Counted from the first letter of the whole stretch, positions 29,515 to 41,610 are shown. The stretch: 63,771 nt of DNA, filler included, from Octopus bimaculoides (GCF_001194135.2; 10 parts of 10 records of this genome joined end to end with filler, not necessarily neighbours in it); one strand, 5' to 3'. Made by a program: numbers and translations. The notes: a model not told the origin generated them from the letters alone.

Positions 29515-29605
29515 AGACTGGGAACAGATGAAAGCACACTTGTGGAGATCTTGTTTACCCGAAGCAACGAAAACCTGGGAAAGATTAAGGAAGAATACGA
29601 GAAAA
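29515..29605 (+). CDS. Annexin exon (91 bp): repeat II
   Basis: catcag|AGA...AAA A|gtaagt; RLGTDESTLVEILFTRSNENLGKIKEEYEK. Confidence 0.95.
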
Positions 29606-29944
29606 GTAAGTTGTTGTTGCTACATTTGTTGTTTTTGTTTCTATTATTGTTATTTAAACCCTTTTCAAGTTAATTCTTGGAAGATGACCATAAAGAACCG
29701 AGTTGCATGGGTTTGTCATTTGGAATTAAGTGCTGCCCTCAAAAATCTTCTGTATGTTCCAATGATGGAGCTTGATTTCCTTAAAGAATATGGTTTGTTG
29801 TATGGGACTGCCATTTGATGTTAAGTGTTAAGTGTTCCTGTAGTGGTGATAACTCTCAGACGATGACCATAAGGAACCTTGCTTTCTTATAAGAATCTGC
29901 TCTCACAAATAGTGTATATGTTCAAAAGCACATCTGAACGTGAT

Positions 29945-30352
29945 AGTTGCCAGGGCCACGGATTGGCTCCCGTGCTGGTGGCACGTAAACAGCACCATTT
30001 GAGCATGGTCGTCGTCAGTGTCACCTTACCGGTGCTGGTGGCACGTGAAAAACAACATTCAAACGTGGTCGTTGCCAGTGTCGCCGGACTGGCTCCCATG
30101 CAGGTAGCACGTAAAAAAACCACCATTTGAGCGTGGTCGTTGCGAGAACCGCCTGACTGGCCCTCATGCCAGTGGCATGTAAAAGCACCCACTACACTCT
30201 CGGAGTGGTTGGCGTTAGGAAGGGCATCCAGCTGTAGAAACTTTGCCAGATCAGATTGGAGCCTGGTGCAGCCTTCTGGCTCACCAGTCCTCAGTCAAAT
30301 TGCCCAACCCATGCTAGCACGGAAAGCGGATGTTAAATGACAATGATGATGA
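29945..30352 (+). mobile_element. RTE-LINE 3' end derivative (family D) with internal tandem units of about 60 bp
   Basis: GGCGTTAGGAAGGGCATCCAGC...CCATGCTAGC..GGAAAGCGGA.GTTAAA + (GAT)n tail; a related tail terminates the RTE at 41907. Confidence 0.8.
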
Positions 30353-30382
30353 TACAGTTTTGTATTTAAGAGATGAGGAATT

Positions 30383-30525
30383 ATGTACATTATTTACATT
30401 CGATGGATATTTGTCCTCATCTTGTTTGTTGTTAACACAGTGGTTAAGAGCACGGGTTACTAACCCCAAGATTTCGATTTCGATTCCAAGCAGTGACCTG
30501 AACAATAATAATAATAATAATAATT
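30383..30525. mobile_element. Rearranged family E element: inverted 3' piece (30383-30438, minus) fused to tRNA-like head plus (AAT)n (30439-30525, plus)
   Basis: Both halves match the intact copy at 46978-47226. Confidence 0.8.
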
Positions 30526-30738
30526 AATTCTGTTTTATTGGCCACAAGGGCATTCATCTTTGACAGAGTTCAACCACGATTAACAATATGAGTTTTAATG
30601 TTATTTTGTACTTGTATTAACCCTGATATGAGGAATCATCTACCTTTTCCCCGTCCCATCTTATTAACACAGTTCTGACCTTTGGTGACCTCCCCCCCCC
30701 CTCCGTTCTCTAATCTCTGACCTCTGCACCTCTTTTAG

Positions 30739-30887
30739 CGTATGGTACAACCCTTGAAATGGACGTTGCTTCTGACACCAGTGGAGATTTCCAGGATCTG
30801 TTGAAGTTACAAATGGAAGCCCAGAGGGACGAGACATACAAAGTGCAGAAAGAACAGGCTAGGCAAGATGCACAGGAGCTGTACGCT
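30739..30887 (+). CDS. Annexin exon (149 bp): end of repeat II, linker, start of repeat III
   Basis: ttttag|CG...GCT|gtaagt; (T)YGTTLEMDVASDTSGDFQDLLKLQMEAQRDETYKVQKEQARQDAQELYA. Confidence 0.95.
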
Positions 30888-30959
30888 GTAAGTAGACGGT
30901 GGTGGTGGTGGTGGTGGTGGGAAGGGGTCAGGTGCAAGTGAATGTGTCAGAGAGAGAGA

Positions 30960-31148
30960 GATGTACTACAGTGTCAGCTGTTCACTACCAGTGAACTATG
31001 GTAACACCTCTTATTTTTCGAGCACCTTCTGGAGTATTCGAGCGGTTCCAAGCAGTGCTGTTTTCTGCAAGTGTTTCACCCTTATTGCAGCCCCTATTTG
31101 TTCCATGTACTTCTCAAGATGTTTACTCACTGTTCCCAGGGCTCCGGG
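30960..31148 (-). mobile_element. R4/Dong-like LINE 3' end (restriction-like endonuclease C-terminus)
   Basis: Minus translation GALGTVSKHLEKYMEQIGAAIRVKHLQKTALLGTARILQKVLEK*. Confidence 0.75.
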
Positions 31149-31413
31149 ATTATTATTATTATTATTGAGTTAGAGAGCAGTGCATACCATCAAAGTGACA
31201 CTGGGGTAAAATATTCGAAGCCCATTATACCCATTAAGTTTTTTTAATTCATTTATCACCCGACAAGATACATCTGCACCACCGGATACTCTTGAAACAG
31301 TTGTTAAGTCCCACCCAAGAGGAGTTGATGCTAGATGTGTCAAAACAATTGTTGTGGTTAATAATATATTCTTGTATATTCCATCTTCTGTCTTTCGTTT
31401 AATATATATATAT

Positions 31414-31671
31414 ATCATCATCATCGTTTAAAGTCCGCTTTCCATGCTAGCATGGGTTGGACGATTTGACTGAGGACTGGCAAGCCAGAAGGCTGCACCA
31501 GGCTACAATCCGATCTGGCAGAGTTTCTACAGCTGGATGCCCTTCCTAACGCCAACCACTCCGAGAGTGTAATGGGTGCTTTTACGTGCCATCGGCACGA
31601 GGGTCAGTCACGCGGTACTGGCAACGGCCACGCTCAAAATGGTGTATTTTACGTGCCACCTGCATGGGAGC
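31414..31671 (-). mobile_element. RTE 3' end derivative (family D), inverted relative to the 29945 copy
   Basis: Reverse complement aligns to 30090-30352 at roughly 90% by eye. Confidence 0.85.
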
Positions 31672-31764
31672 CAAGAGGCATGCACACACATACACTCACA
31701 TCCACACATACACATAGGCGTATACATTCATGTTTTTTGAAACTCCTTCTCTTTCTCTCCACAG

Positions 31765-31942
31765 GCTGGTGAGAAGCGTTTTGGTACCAGTGAACGCAGG
31801 TTCAACAATATCTTCTGTAAACGCAGTTTTTTCCACCTGAAATACGTGTGCGAATATTATACAGAGATCGCTGGGCACGACATTGAAGAGGCTGTGAAGA
31901 GTGAGACAAGTGGAGACCTTAAGTCTGCCTACCTCGACATTG
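31765..31942 (+). CDS. Annexin exon (178 bp): repeat III
   Basis: ccacag|GCT...ATT G|gtaagg; AGEKRFGTSERRFNNIFCKRSFFHLKYVCEYYTEIAGHDIEEAVKSETSGDLKSAYLDI; the four exons splice into one open frame of 532 nt. Confidence 0.95.
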
Positions 31943-32069
31943 GTAAGGACTCTTCACTACACCAACATTACTACTACTAATACTACTATTACTACATCTA
32001 GAAAAAGACCCACCACTGTTTCTATTACTACCATTGTTTTAGACATAATAATACTACTGTGTCACTATA

Positions 32070-32115
<46 letters not shown>

Positions 32116-32344
32116 AAGACAATAAGAAATGGANNNNNNNNNNNNNNNNNNNNNNNNNNNNNNNNNNNNNNNNNNNNNNNNNNNNNNNNNNNNNNNNNNN
32201 NNNNNNNNNNNNNNNNNNNNNNNNNNNNNNNNNNNNNNNNNNNNNNNNNNNNNNNNNNNNNNNNNNNNNNNNNNNNNNNNNNNNNNNNNNNNNNNNNNNN
32301 NNNNNNNNNNNNNNNNNNNNNNNNNNNNNNNNNNNNNNNNNNNN

Positions 32345-32384
<40 letters not shown>

Positions 32385-32633
32385 AAGACAATAAGAAATG
32401 GAGCAATAAACAGTGAGAAGTGGATCGTTAGTGTTATAAGGTCATTAGTTAATTAATCGTCTTTCTATACATTAAACCAGTTTTACCTTTTAAATTACCT
32501 ACAACCGTATACCTTATAACAAGGACCTACATACTGAGGTAAAACCAGGAGTGCCTATGGATACATCTATCCCTTAGATGGTTACCGTACCTCTAACTTG
32601 TATCTTACACAACACACACACACACACATATAT

Positions 32634-32674
<41 letters not shown>

Positions 32675-34122
32675 TATATACACACATATATATACATATA
32701 TATATATACATACATATATACACACATATATATACATATATATATATACATACATATATACATACATATACATACATATATACATATATATACGTACATA
32801 CATATATATATATATATATACACATATATATATATATACATATATATATANNNNNNNNNNNNNNNNNNNNNNNNNNNNNNNNNNNNNNNNNNNNTTAATT
32901 AATTAANNNNNNNNNNNNNNNNNNNNNNNNNNNNNNNNNNNNNNNNNNNNTTCTGTTAGTAAATGTTTTTTTCTCAACTCAAACGCGCAAGACTCGAGAG
33001 TGGAAAGTTTGGGAATTAAGTGAGTGCGATAAAATAGTTTAAAAATTGTTTGTTTGTTTTTTTTGGATAATCGTATTAATTCCTTTGTGAAAACCAAGAA
33101 TTAAAAAAAAAATCGAAGAACAGTGGAAAGTTTTGTAGGGGAGAAATATTAAAAAAATTTTTTTTATTGGATAATCGTATTAATTCCATTCTGCAGAAGA
33201 CAGAATAGAAAAAAAAATTAGTAAATTCTTAAACATAAAAAAGTTATGAGGGGTTTTAGTGCGTGCTTCGATCAGATCTCCACCATTTCAATTGATTGAT
33301 ATCTCTTCCAAAGAGGGAGTGGCATTATCTCTTTCTTTCACTTTTTCATTAGAATATATCGAGACACTATGTTGTCACAAAAATGTTAAAACTTTACTAA
33401 CTTGATCGATCTGTGACTAAACCTCGATTTAATTTCATTTTAGACACACTTTGTTATCAATTATATAGATAACTGCGAACATGGTCTGTAAAGATAACTT
33501 ATTTTAATACAACATTTGTGTACATTTTCATAAATGTTTCTAGCACATCACAAGACAACCCTCCTTGTTTCTTACTCTCATATGTATTAATGTTTTTTTT
33601 TTCTATATTTTTCTCCCCATAAACATTTATGCTATAAAAAAAAAGATTTGAAAATTTGATTTTTTTTTTCAACCCCACTCCCCGCCCCTGATTGTTTCTG
33701 TTTATAATTTAAAATATTGGAGAGCCTGAGATCATTTCTCTCATTTATCCAAAGTGATTTTTTAAAAAAAATAGGTATGTAAAAGATAATTCATTTTAAT
33801 ATCATACTTTTCTGTTAGAAAATATTAACGTTGGTTAATGTTGACATTATTACTCGGAAACGAAATCGAAACAAAAGATAGTGCAACGGGTGTAAAAAAA
33901 AAGGTGTAAGGAACGAATATGAAAACAAAAATGCCCGTAAAGCAAGGGGTGGGGGAGGCCTTCAGAAAATTCACAAGATCCTTCATAACTTTTAAGAAAA
34001 TGGGGGTTTTAGAGGCAGACAATAAAGTGTCAAATAGTCCACAACGAACTTTTCACTTCTCTTTCTCTCTCTTCTTGTCTGTTGCTTTGCCACTGACAGG
34101 AATTGTTTTAGTTGTGTGCAAA

Positions 34123-34723
34123 AGTGAAATTGACATCCAATGGATCTTTTTTAAAACGGGGGCCACATTTTTCATTAACGAAACACTTTGAAACTTGGAA
34201 CACTGGTAGAATGTGTCATATAAAACATCTTTTTCTCTTAGTCTTCTTAAAAAAAAAAGAAATCCCTAAGTTATTCCATGTTAAAGTTGTCGTATTTCTG
34301 TAATTTCAACCAATCACTGACGTCCATTCAGCCGATATACATTAAGTGCCGACTACATAAACAAACGATTCTGAAACAATTCTATAGGTGATAGGGTTAG
34401 GGTTAGGGTAAAACAGCAAATTTAAAAAGAAAAAAGCAAAACGAAGCTATGGAAATTAAATACGCTTTACACCGCTTAATCAGCCAAAGGAGTAAATATA
34501 AACAACTGAATACTTGTCAGTGATTGGTTGAAATTATCAAAATAAGACAATTTTTTACATGAAATAAATTCGAATACAAAAATATTTTTCTGTTCTATAA
34601 CACAAAATAGATAAGTATACGAAGTTTGAAAGTCTTTCGGTACCAAAAACACTACGTAAAACATTAATGAAAAATGTGGCCCCTGTTTTAAAAAAAGATC
34701 CCGTATCTATGTCACTATTCACT
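34123..34723. mobile_element. Foldback/MITE-like element with long imperfect inverted arms and central (TTAGGG)~3
   Basis: GGATCTTTTTTAAAACGGGGGCCACATTTTTCATTAA vs TTAATGAAAAATGTGGCCCCTGTTTTAAAAAAAGATCC; inner AATTTCAACCAATCACTGAC vs GTCAGTGATTGGTTGAAATT. Confidence 0.7.
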
Positions 34724-36242
34724 GTCTCTTTCACTCTCTCTCTCACTTTTTTTCTCTCTATTAGGTCTTCTCTGAAACATGTAAAAAGACAAAATGAACG
34801 CCATCACTACTCACTGTCTCTTTCACTCTCTCTTTCTCTCTGCCCTCCTCTCTCTCGCTTTGCCACTTTGAAGTGTGACACACAATACAGGTATATATAA
34901 AAACTAAAAGTTAGCGTATTAATATTATTGATGATAATTTTCACGCCTGTTACTATGAAAACGGGTATGAATGTGTCTGGCTTACAATTGGCTAAAATTA
35001 CCCAAAATTTTCAAACTTTATTTGCTTATAACTTTTACATCAACCATTAGCCTATAAAAGTGCATCATCACACTGAATATGAAATCAATTCGAACAGAAT
35101 TGATGCTGGCAGCCAAACCGAATAGATCCGCTGTTTTATGTAAGTGATCGGCAATTTCCAGGGGAAAAAATTTCAGCATTATCAGCTTATGAAAAAANNN
35201 NNNNNNNNNNNNNNNNNNNNNNNNNNNNNNNNNNNNNNNNNNNNNNNNNNNNNNNNNNNNNNNNNNNNNNNNNNNNNNNNNNNNNNNNNNNNNNNNNNNN
35301 NNNNNNNNNNNNNNNNNNNNNNNNNNNNNNNNNNNNNNNNNNNNNNNNNNNNNNNNNNNNNNNNNNNNNNNNNNNNNNNNNNNNNNNNNNNNNNNNNNNN
35401 NNNNNNNNNNNNNNNNNNNNNNNNNNNNNNNNNNNNNNNNNNNNNNNNNNNNNNNNNNNNNNNNNNNNNNNNNNNNNNNNNNNNNNNNNNNNNNNNNNNN
35501 NNNNNNNNNNNNNNTGTTTCGGTACCAAAAACACAACATAAAACGAAAGATCCAAAAATTTATTTCTTTAATTTTTCTTTTTTTTTTTTTCATAAGCTGA
35601 TAATGCTGAAACTGTTTGATGTACACATGGGATAGCTGAACACTCGCGCACACGCAACTTTTTTCCAGAAATTACCGAACACAGATAAAAGAGCTGATTT
35701 TCATTTGACCCTCTTGATATCAATAATGAAGGTTCGCCCAATTCTGATATAACTCTAATCTACAACAACTAAAACGTATCTATTTGTAAAAAGTGAAACC
35801 AAAACGAAAATTTACGCCAATAAAAGATATGACGAAATTGTTTCGCTTTTACCAAAGTGAAACTGATGTCTTCTTTTTTCATCTCACTTCTGGGGAAAGA
35901 GATTTTACAAAATTCATATTTTGAGAAGAAAAATTGTGTAATTGTAATCTCCGATGTTTAAAACATAGATCCATATTCGCAGAAAACAGATTTTAGCGAA
36001 CTAAAGGCAATTATTTCGATAGCCGTATATGGAAAGTGAAAGTCTATCTTCGGCAATTTCCGTGAAAAATGTTAATTTAATTTTCTGAATCGCTTGTATT
36101 AAACAGAGAAAGACAGAGAGGTTTGATCGTGTGCAATATACATTGTGTGTATGTGTTTATAAAATCTGTGCACACGATCAAACCCATCTGTGTTTTTGTT
36201 TTATGCCAATGCCTTCTGTAGTTTTTATCTAGGCTTTTGTGG

Positions 36243-36430
36243 CACATCGGACAAAACGCTTAGCGACATTTATTCCGGTTCTTTACGTTCTGAGTTCAAA
36301 TTCCGCTGAGGTCTACTTTGCCTTTTATCCTTTCGGGGTCTAGGAAATAAATACTAGTTGAGCACTGGGGTTAATGTAATCGACTAACCCCTCCCTTAAA
36401 TTTCATGTCTTGTGCCTAGAGTAGAAGGGG
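36243..36430 (+). mobile_element. SINE family A, 5'-truncated
   Basis: GTTCTGAGTTCAAATTCCGCTGAGGTC..CTTTGCCTTTTATCCTTTCGGGGTC core and CCTAGAGTAGAA tail. Confidence 0.75.
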
Positions 36431-37516
36431 TTGTTATTATTATTAAAACAAGTTTGCTTTCATCCATCCAGGGTAGTAAAATAAAGTACTAGTATTCTGA
36501 CTATCACACCCATCTCATGAGGCAGGTTCAACAGTAAAAATTAAACGGAAAGTGGAAGGAGGAAATGTTTTCAAAAAAATAATAAATTTTTTGAACTAAA
36601 AACTGTTTCGCAGAAACGCCCACTTTGTTCCTTTCATTTTCTTTTTCCGAAAATCCGCCGACCAAAGACTGAATGTAATAGTAAAAATTCATCACATTTT
36701 GTTTTAATTATTGTGCTTTTTAAATATTTTTATTCTTTGTCTAGTTTTATTAAATCTTCAATCCGTCTATTGTATAACATCATTACTCCTCCTCACATCT
36801 TTATATAACTTAATCGAACTTCACATGTATTGTAAATCCCCATCTTTAAATACTTTTCAGGGTGTGTACTGCTTCATTATTTTGGATTGTTGCTTCACAT
36901 TTAGGAGTAAAAATTTATCAGTATAATTGTTCAAGTTGAGAGTTAGAAAGAGTCAGCTGACAACTACTTTTTTTTTTAGAAGAAGAAGAAGAATATTTTC
37001 AACTTTGAATTGTAATTGAGATTGCTAATGAAATATCTTGATTTTTTTTTTATGGTTAACAATTAATATTCTTTTCTCAGTTTTTCCCCACACAAATGTA
37101 CAATTTGATCATTTTCAATTTAGTAAGGAAAATTAGTAAGGAAAACAAAGTTGGGAGAGCACACTTGTGTAGGTATGCCTACTTACACACACAAACACAC
37201 ACACACATATGTCACGATCTGCTTTTGAATGTTATATTTTTGCCTGTTTTTGTGTTTTGGGGGTTTCCCCATACTTAGCCAGTATAGGTGAAGGTTTTTT
37301 GTTTTGTTTTTTACATTAGAAACATTTAAAAAGATTTTTCCGAAACTTATGCGTAGTAAAAAGTTGTCTCCTGCCCCCCTCACCATCCTACTCCGGACCG
37401 ATTTTGGCCAATTTTTTTTCCACTTAAAAACCATGGTTCTCCCAAATTTACCTTATCTGGTCTTACTCATTTTATCCCATGCGAATGAGAAAGAAACGAG
37501 AAGGTTTGTCTTGGGA

Positions 37517-37668
37517 TATGCAAGAAACAACAGCCAAATCTCCCTTAAATCACACACTTTTTCCTTTGAAAATATTTACAATTTTCGGTTTAAAAGAAAA
37601 AAATTGTAAATATTTTCAAAGGAAAAAGTATATGATTTAAGGGAGATTTGGCTGTTGTTTCTTGCATA
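37517..37668. mobile_element. 152-bp near-perfect palindromic MITE-like element bounded by TA
   Basis: TATGCAAGAAACAACAGCCAAATCTCCCTTAAATCA... / ...TGATTTAAGGGAGATTTGGCTGTTGTTTCTTGCATA. Confidence 0.7.
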
Positions 37669-40516
37669 ACCCCACTCCCCGCCTCCGATTGTCTGTTTAT
37701 AATTTAAAATATTGGAGAGCCTGAGATCATTGCTGGTATTTATCTAAAGACTTTTTTTTTTTTTTTGATGTAAAAGCTAATTCATTTTAATCGCATACTT
37801 TTCGTACACACACACACACACGACCTCGCTTCACTGAGGTGCGGGTAAAAATTTGAATTACCATCTCGGACAATTTTTTTCTCATAAATCCCTATATACT
37901 CTAAATTTACAGCATCCAAGCGGTATTTGTTCAAAATTTCGTTAAAAAGTATTCATTTTTCTGGAAATTATGAAGCAACAAAGTCGGATGGGGTAAAGAT
38001 CTGTAGTTATGCCAAAATATTATTACGTTATGAATACTAAAATAGTATTCTCTCATTAATCTATTACGTATTTTGAGTTCTATTGATTACACAAATCATG
38101 AGAAAAATAACATAATTAAGCACATACAATATGTAAACCAACACAACCAAGCTATACAAAAAGATACACAAAGTACAGTTCAGCGAACAAGGAAAGGAAA
38201 ATGTTCTATACATGCTCTGTACATTTTAAATGTTACTAAGCAGGAAGTTGACAGACGGACATAAGCGAAAATCCGATGTGTCAAACGTATTAAACAAGGA
38301 ATAATATCAACAGAATTAATGGCAAATAAAATGATAATCAACTTACGTCTTATAAAACTCATGTGTGGTAGTAGATGCGTAGCCTCTATGTATCCAGCAC
38401 ATAGAGGCTTTATTGAGTTAAACAGTTTTTCATAGCCCTCTGCCATTGTTTTAAGGTTCTTTTATTTCACACCCTTTTTTATATTCTTTCTTTCTTTTCT
38501 CCTCTGAAATAATCGTTAGTAATGTATCCTATGTGATGTAAATGAGTGTTTGTCAAAATGATCGCATTAGAAGCGCAATATGTGGGAAATGGACTCAATT
38601 GTGAGAAGTAGACAAGTCTAAGCATTTCCACAGAAACAGAAACTAGATGTGTCAACAAGTTATTGGTCGATTTAAAATGAAACTGAAAATTTCCCGAAGG
38701 TTATAAAAGAAATTTGTATCAAACATTCGAGAAGCTTCGTTGGAAGATAAAAAAAAAATAATTTAATAATGACAGAGCAGTGAAGTTTCTTTTCTTAGAA
38801 AGAAGGAAATTCCAAAATATGATTAGAAATTGAAATGAAATGCCGACGAAATAGAGCAGTCAATATCTATAAGTTATCTTGCCGTATTTACTAGCGTACA
38901 ATGCTATCTCGAAAAAGTGATGACTACCTACTTTTGCACCTAAAAATCAACAATATATTTTATCTTACATTTTATTTCACACACAACTATAAATGCTACG
39001 CCCAACTCGATTTTGATTGATGTTTTGTACTAAATTATGCACGAATAAATACATGAGGTGGATGGAAAAGTCAGAATTATGACACTTATTATTTGAATAC
39101 CATAAATTATAGCTGAGGTAATTAGATAATATTTTAAATAGTACATTAACTCAAAACATGTTCTACACGTCCTGTACATGAGGCATGTCCTTTATTCAAT
39201 ATTTGTTGTCCTGTGTTGATATAACGGGGTCACTTTGATAGCTTCTGATTTAGGCACAGCTTTGGGGGGAGAGATTTAGCCAATAAAGATTTTTTTTAAA
39301 TGAAATTAAACTCGATTGAAAGCATTTGAAACCAGAGCGTTAAGAAATGCCAAGAGGAATTTTGTCCAACGCTCTAACTTTTCTGCCAATCCACCGTTCT
39401 AAACTGTTCGGTTAACATATTATGTGTGTGTAATTGCCTTAATATCTATAAGTCCAAAGAAGTGGGGGCAACATACACTCATATATTGGTTAATAGAGTG
39501 GATATTATAATTAATAAAATGCACTATTCTCATGTCAGCCACTTTACCAGTCGGTTTCATACCAAGATGTTACGGTAATTCTAGCAATCATCAGAAAAGG
39601 TTTAAAGGAATACTATGATGTGGGTTCTTTGCTACTGGAAAGCTAAAAGAGTTACATACGGCAAGCAGGTTATATGGCTGTCAAAAAGAAAAGAACGGAA
39701 TGAAATCGCCCAGATAAAAAAACTGGGAACTTTTTTTTGGGGTGGGGGGGGGGTCATTGGAACTATATTTCTTGGATTGGGGGAAACTAGTCTCCACAAT
39801 ACAAAAGATATTTGCTTGTAGACTAGGACTGGGGCAGAGATGGTTAATTTTAATATGTATGTATATATTTTTTCTCACCCATGCTAGCATGGAAGATAGA
39901 TGTTAAATGATTACGATGATATATTTATATTTATCTATATATATAGAGAGATATTAGAAATGATCTAATTATAAATCTTAGAGAATTAAGCAATAAGGGA
40001 ATCATACTGCTGCTATTTAGCCCTAGGAAGCTGGACCACTTCTCGTTGGCCTTGACACATTTCCTGTGTCCTTATATTTGTGCGGGGGGGGGGGAGACAA
40101 GCACCCCCACCCAGCCTAGCTTGCATTCAAGGACATGTTTCTGATTCTTTGCTTGCCATCAACCTGAAGTAGCACAACAAGCTAACTGAAGATGCATGTC
40201 AACCTCTCACAAATATACATATTTCTAATGAAAACACATTCACTGATTACAAAAATTAGAAATGATCTAATTCTAAATCTCACAGAGAGACTTAAGCAGC
40301 ATTGTTATGATAAAGCAGTTGTATACTGTAAACTTAACGTGACAGTCCCAATAAGGGAATCATACTCCTGCTATTTAGCCCTAGGAAGCTGGACCTATGT
40401 GTCCTTAGGTAATGTGTCAAGGCCGACAGGAAACGGTCCAGCTTCCTAGGGCTAAATAGCAGCAGTATGATTCCCTTATTGGGACTGTCACATTAAGTTG
40501 ACAGTATACAACTGCT

Positions 40517-40840
40517 TCTCTCCCTGGAGAGAAGGCGGGAGAGGTATGCAGTAATATACATCTGGAAGATCCTGGAAGGAATTGTGCCAAANNNNNNNNN
40601 NCCAAAGAGCCTGAGGAATCTGCACAAAGTAGATGTAGGAGTTTTTAAATCAAAGCTGGACCTCTTCCTATCGAGAGTCCCAGATGAACCTACCTCGCGG
40701 CAGGAGGTGCAAATGAGGGTTGCTAAATCAAACTCCATTCTTCACCAAGTGCCACATATTGTAAGAGGCTCCCTGTAATAACAGTGTAGCAACGCGGTGG
40801 TGCATCAGCATGGCCGCAGCTCTGAGCTGAAACTTTAAAA
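40517..40840 (+). mobile_element. CR1-like LINE 3' fragment
   Basis: SLERRRERYAVIYIWKILEGIVP...PKSLRNLHKVDVGVFKSKLDLFLSRVPDEP, 3' UTR and A-tail. Confidence 0.9.
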
Positions 40841-41169
40841 AAAAATTTTTTTTAATATATATATATATAAAACATGTGAGAGAAAGAGAAAGAAAATGGA
40901 ATTAATGAAGTTCTTTATTGATCACTATGATTGTTTCAAGAGTGAGATTCTGTATAAATAGTTGTGTTGCATCATTCAGTGCAGATGTGACTCATTAGGT
41001 GATTTGCTAAAAGATACCTCATTCTTTAATCTCTGTTTCGCTTACTTTGATTAGAATACATTCTGGTATTTGCCTATAGCTAGTGACATGCAGGAAACGG
41101 CCTGAGTTAGAATGAAGACCATTTCTCTTGTAGGTAATAAACCTATACACAATCATGAATAAAATGAGT

Positions 41170-41322
41170 ACAGGTGCAAGCATGGCTGTGTGATATGACG
41201 CTTGCTTCTCAAACACATAGTTCTGGGTTCAGTCCCACTGCATAGCTACTTGGACAAGTGTCTTCTACCCCAGAGTAACCAAAGCCTTGTGAGTAGATTT
41301 GGTAGATGGAAATAGAAAGAGG
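41170..41322 (+). mobile_element. SINE family B 5' half
   Basis: Match to the 24081 copy. Confidence 0.75.
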
Positions 41323-41377
41323 CTCATCATGTACACACACACACATACACACACACACACACACATAGCCATCACAT

Positions 41378-41610
41378 AAGGCGGTGAGCTGGCAGAAACG
41401 TTAGCACGCCGGGCGAAATGCTTAGCAGTATTTCGTCTGCCGCTACGTTCTGAGTTCAAATTCCACCAAGGTCGACTTTGCCTTTCATCCTTTCAGAGTC
41501 GATTAAATAAGTACCGGTTACGCACTGGGTTCGATATAATCAACTTGATCCATTTGTCTGTCCTTGTTTGTCCCCTCTGTGCGTAGCCCCTTGTGGGAAG
41601 CAAAGAAATA
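41378..41610 (+). mobile_element. SINE family A, full length with 15-bp TSD
   Basis: ACACATAGCCATCAC at 41361-41375 and 41611-41625. Confidence 0.9.

Noticed and set aside
29945-30140. Regularly spaced repeats of about 60 bp that superficially resemble a CRISPR array
   Set aside because: Tandem units inside an RTE 3' UTR with no unique spacers, in eukaryotic context
32059-32400. Direct repeat TATATGTATATAAAGACAATAAGAAATGGA on both sides of a gap
   Set aside because: Probable unmerged contig overlap at a (TA)n tract
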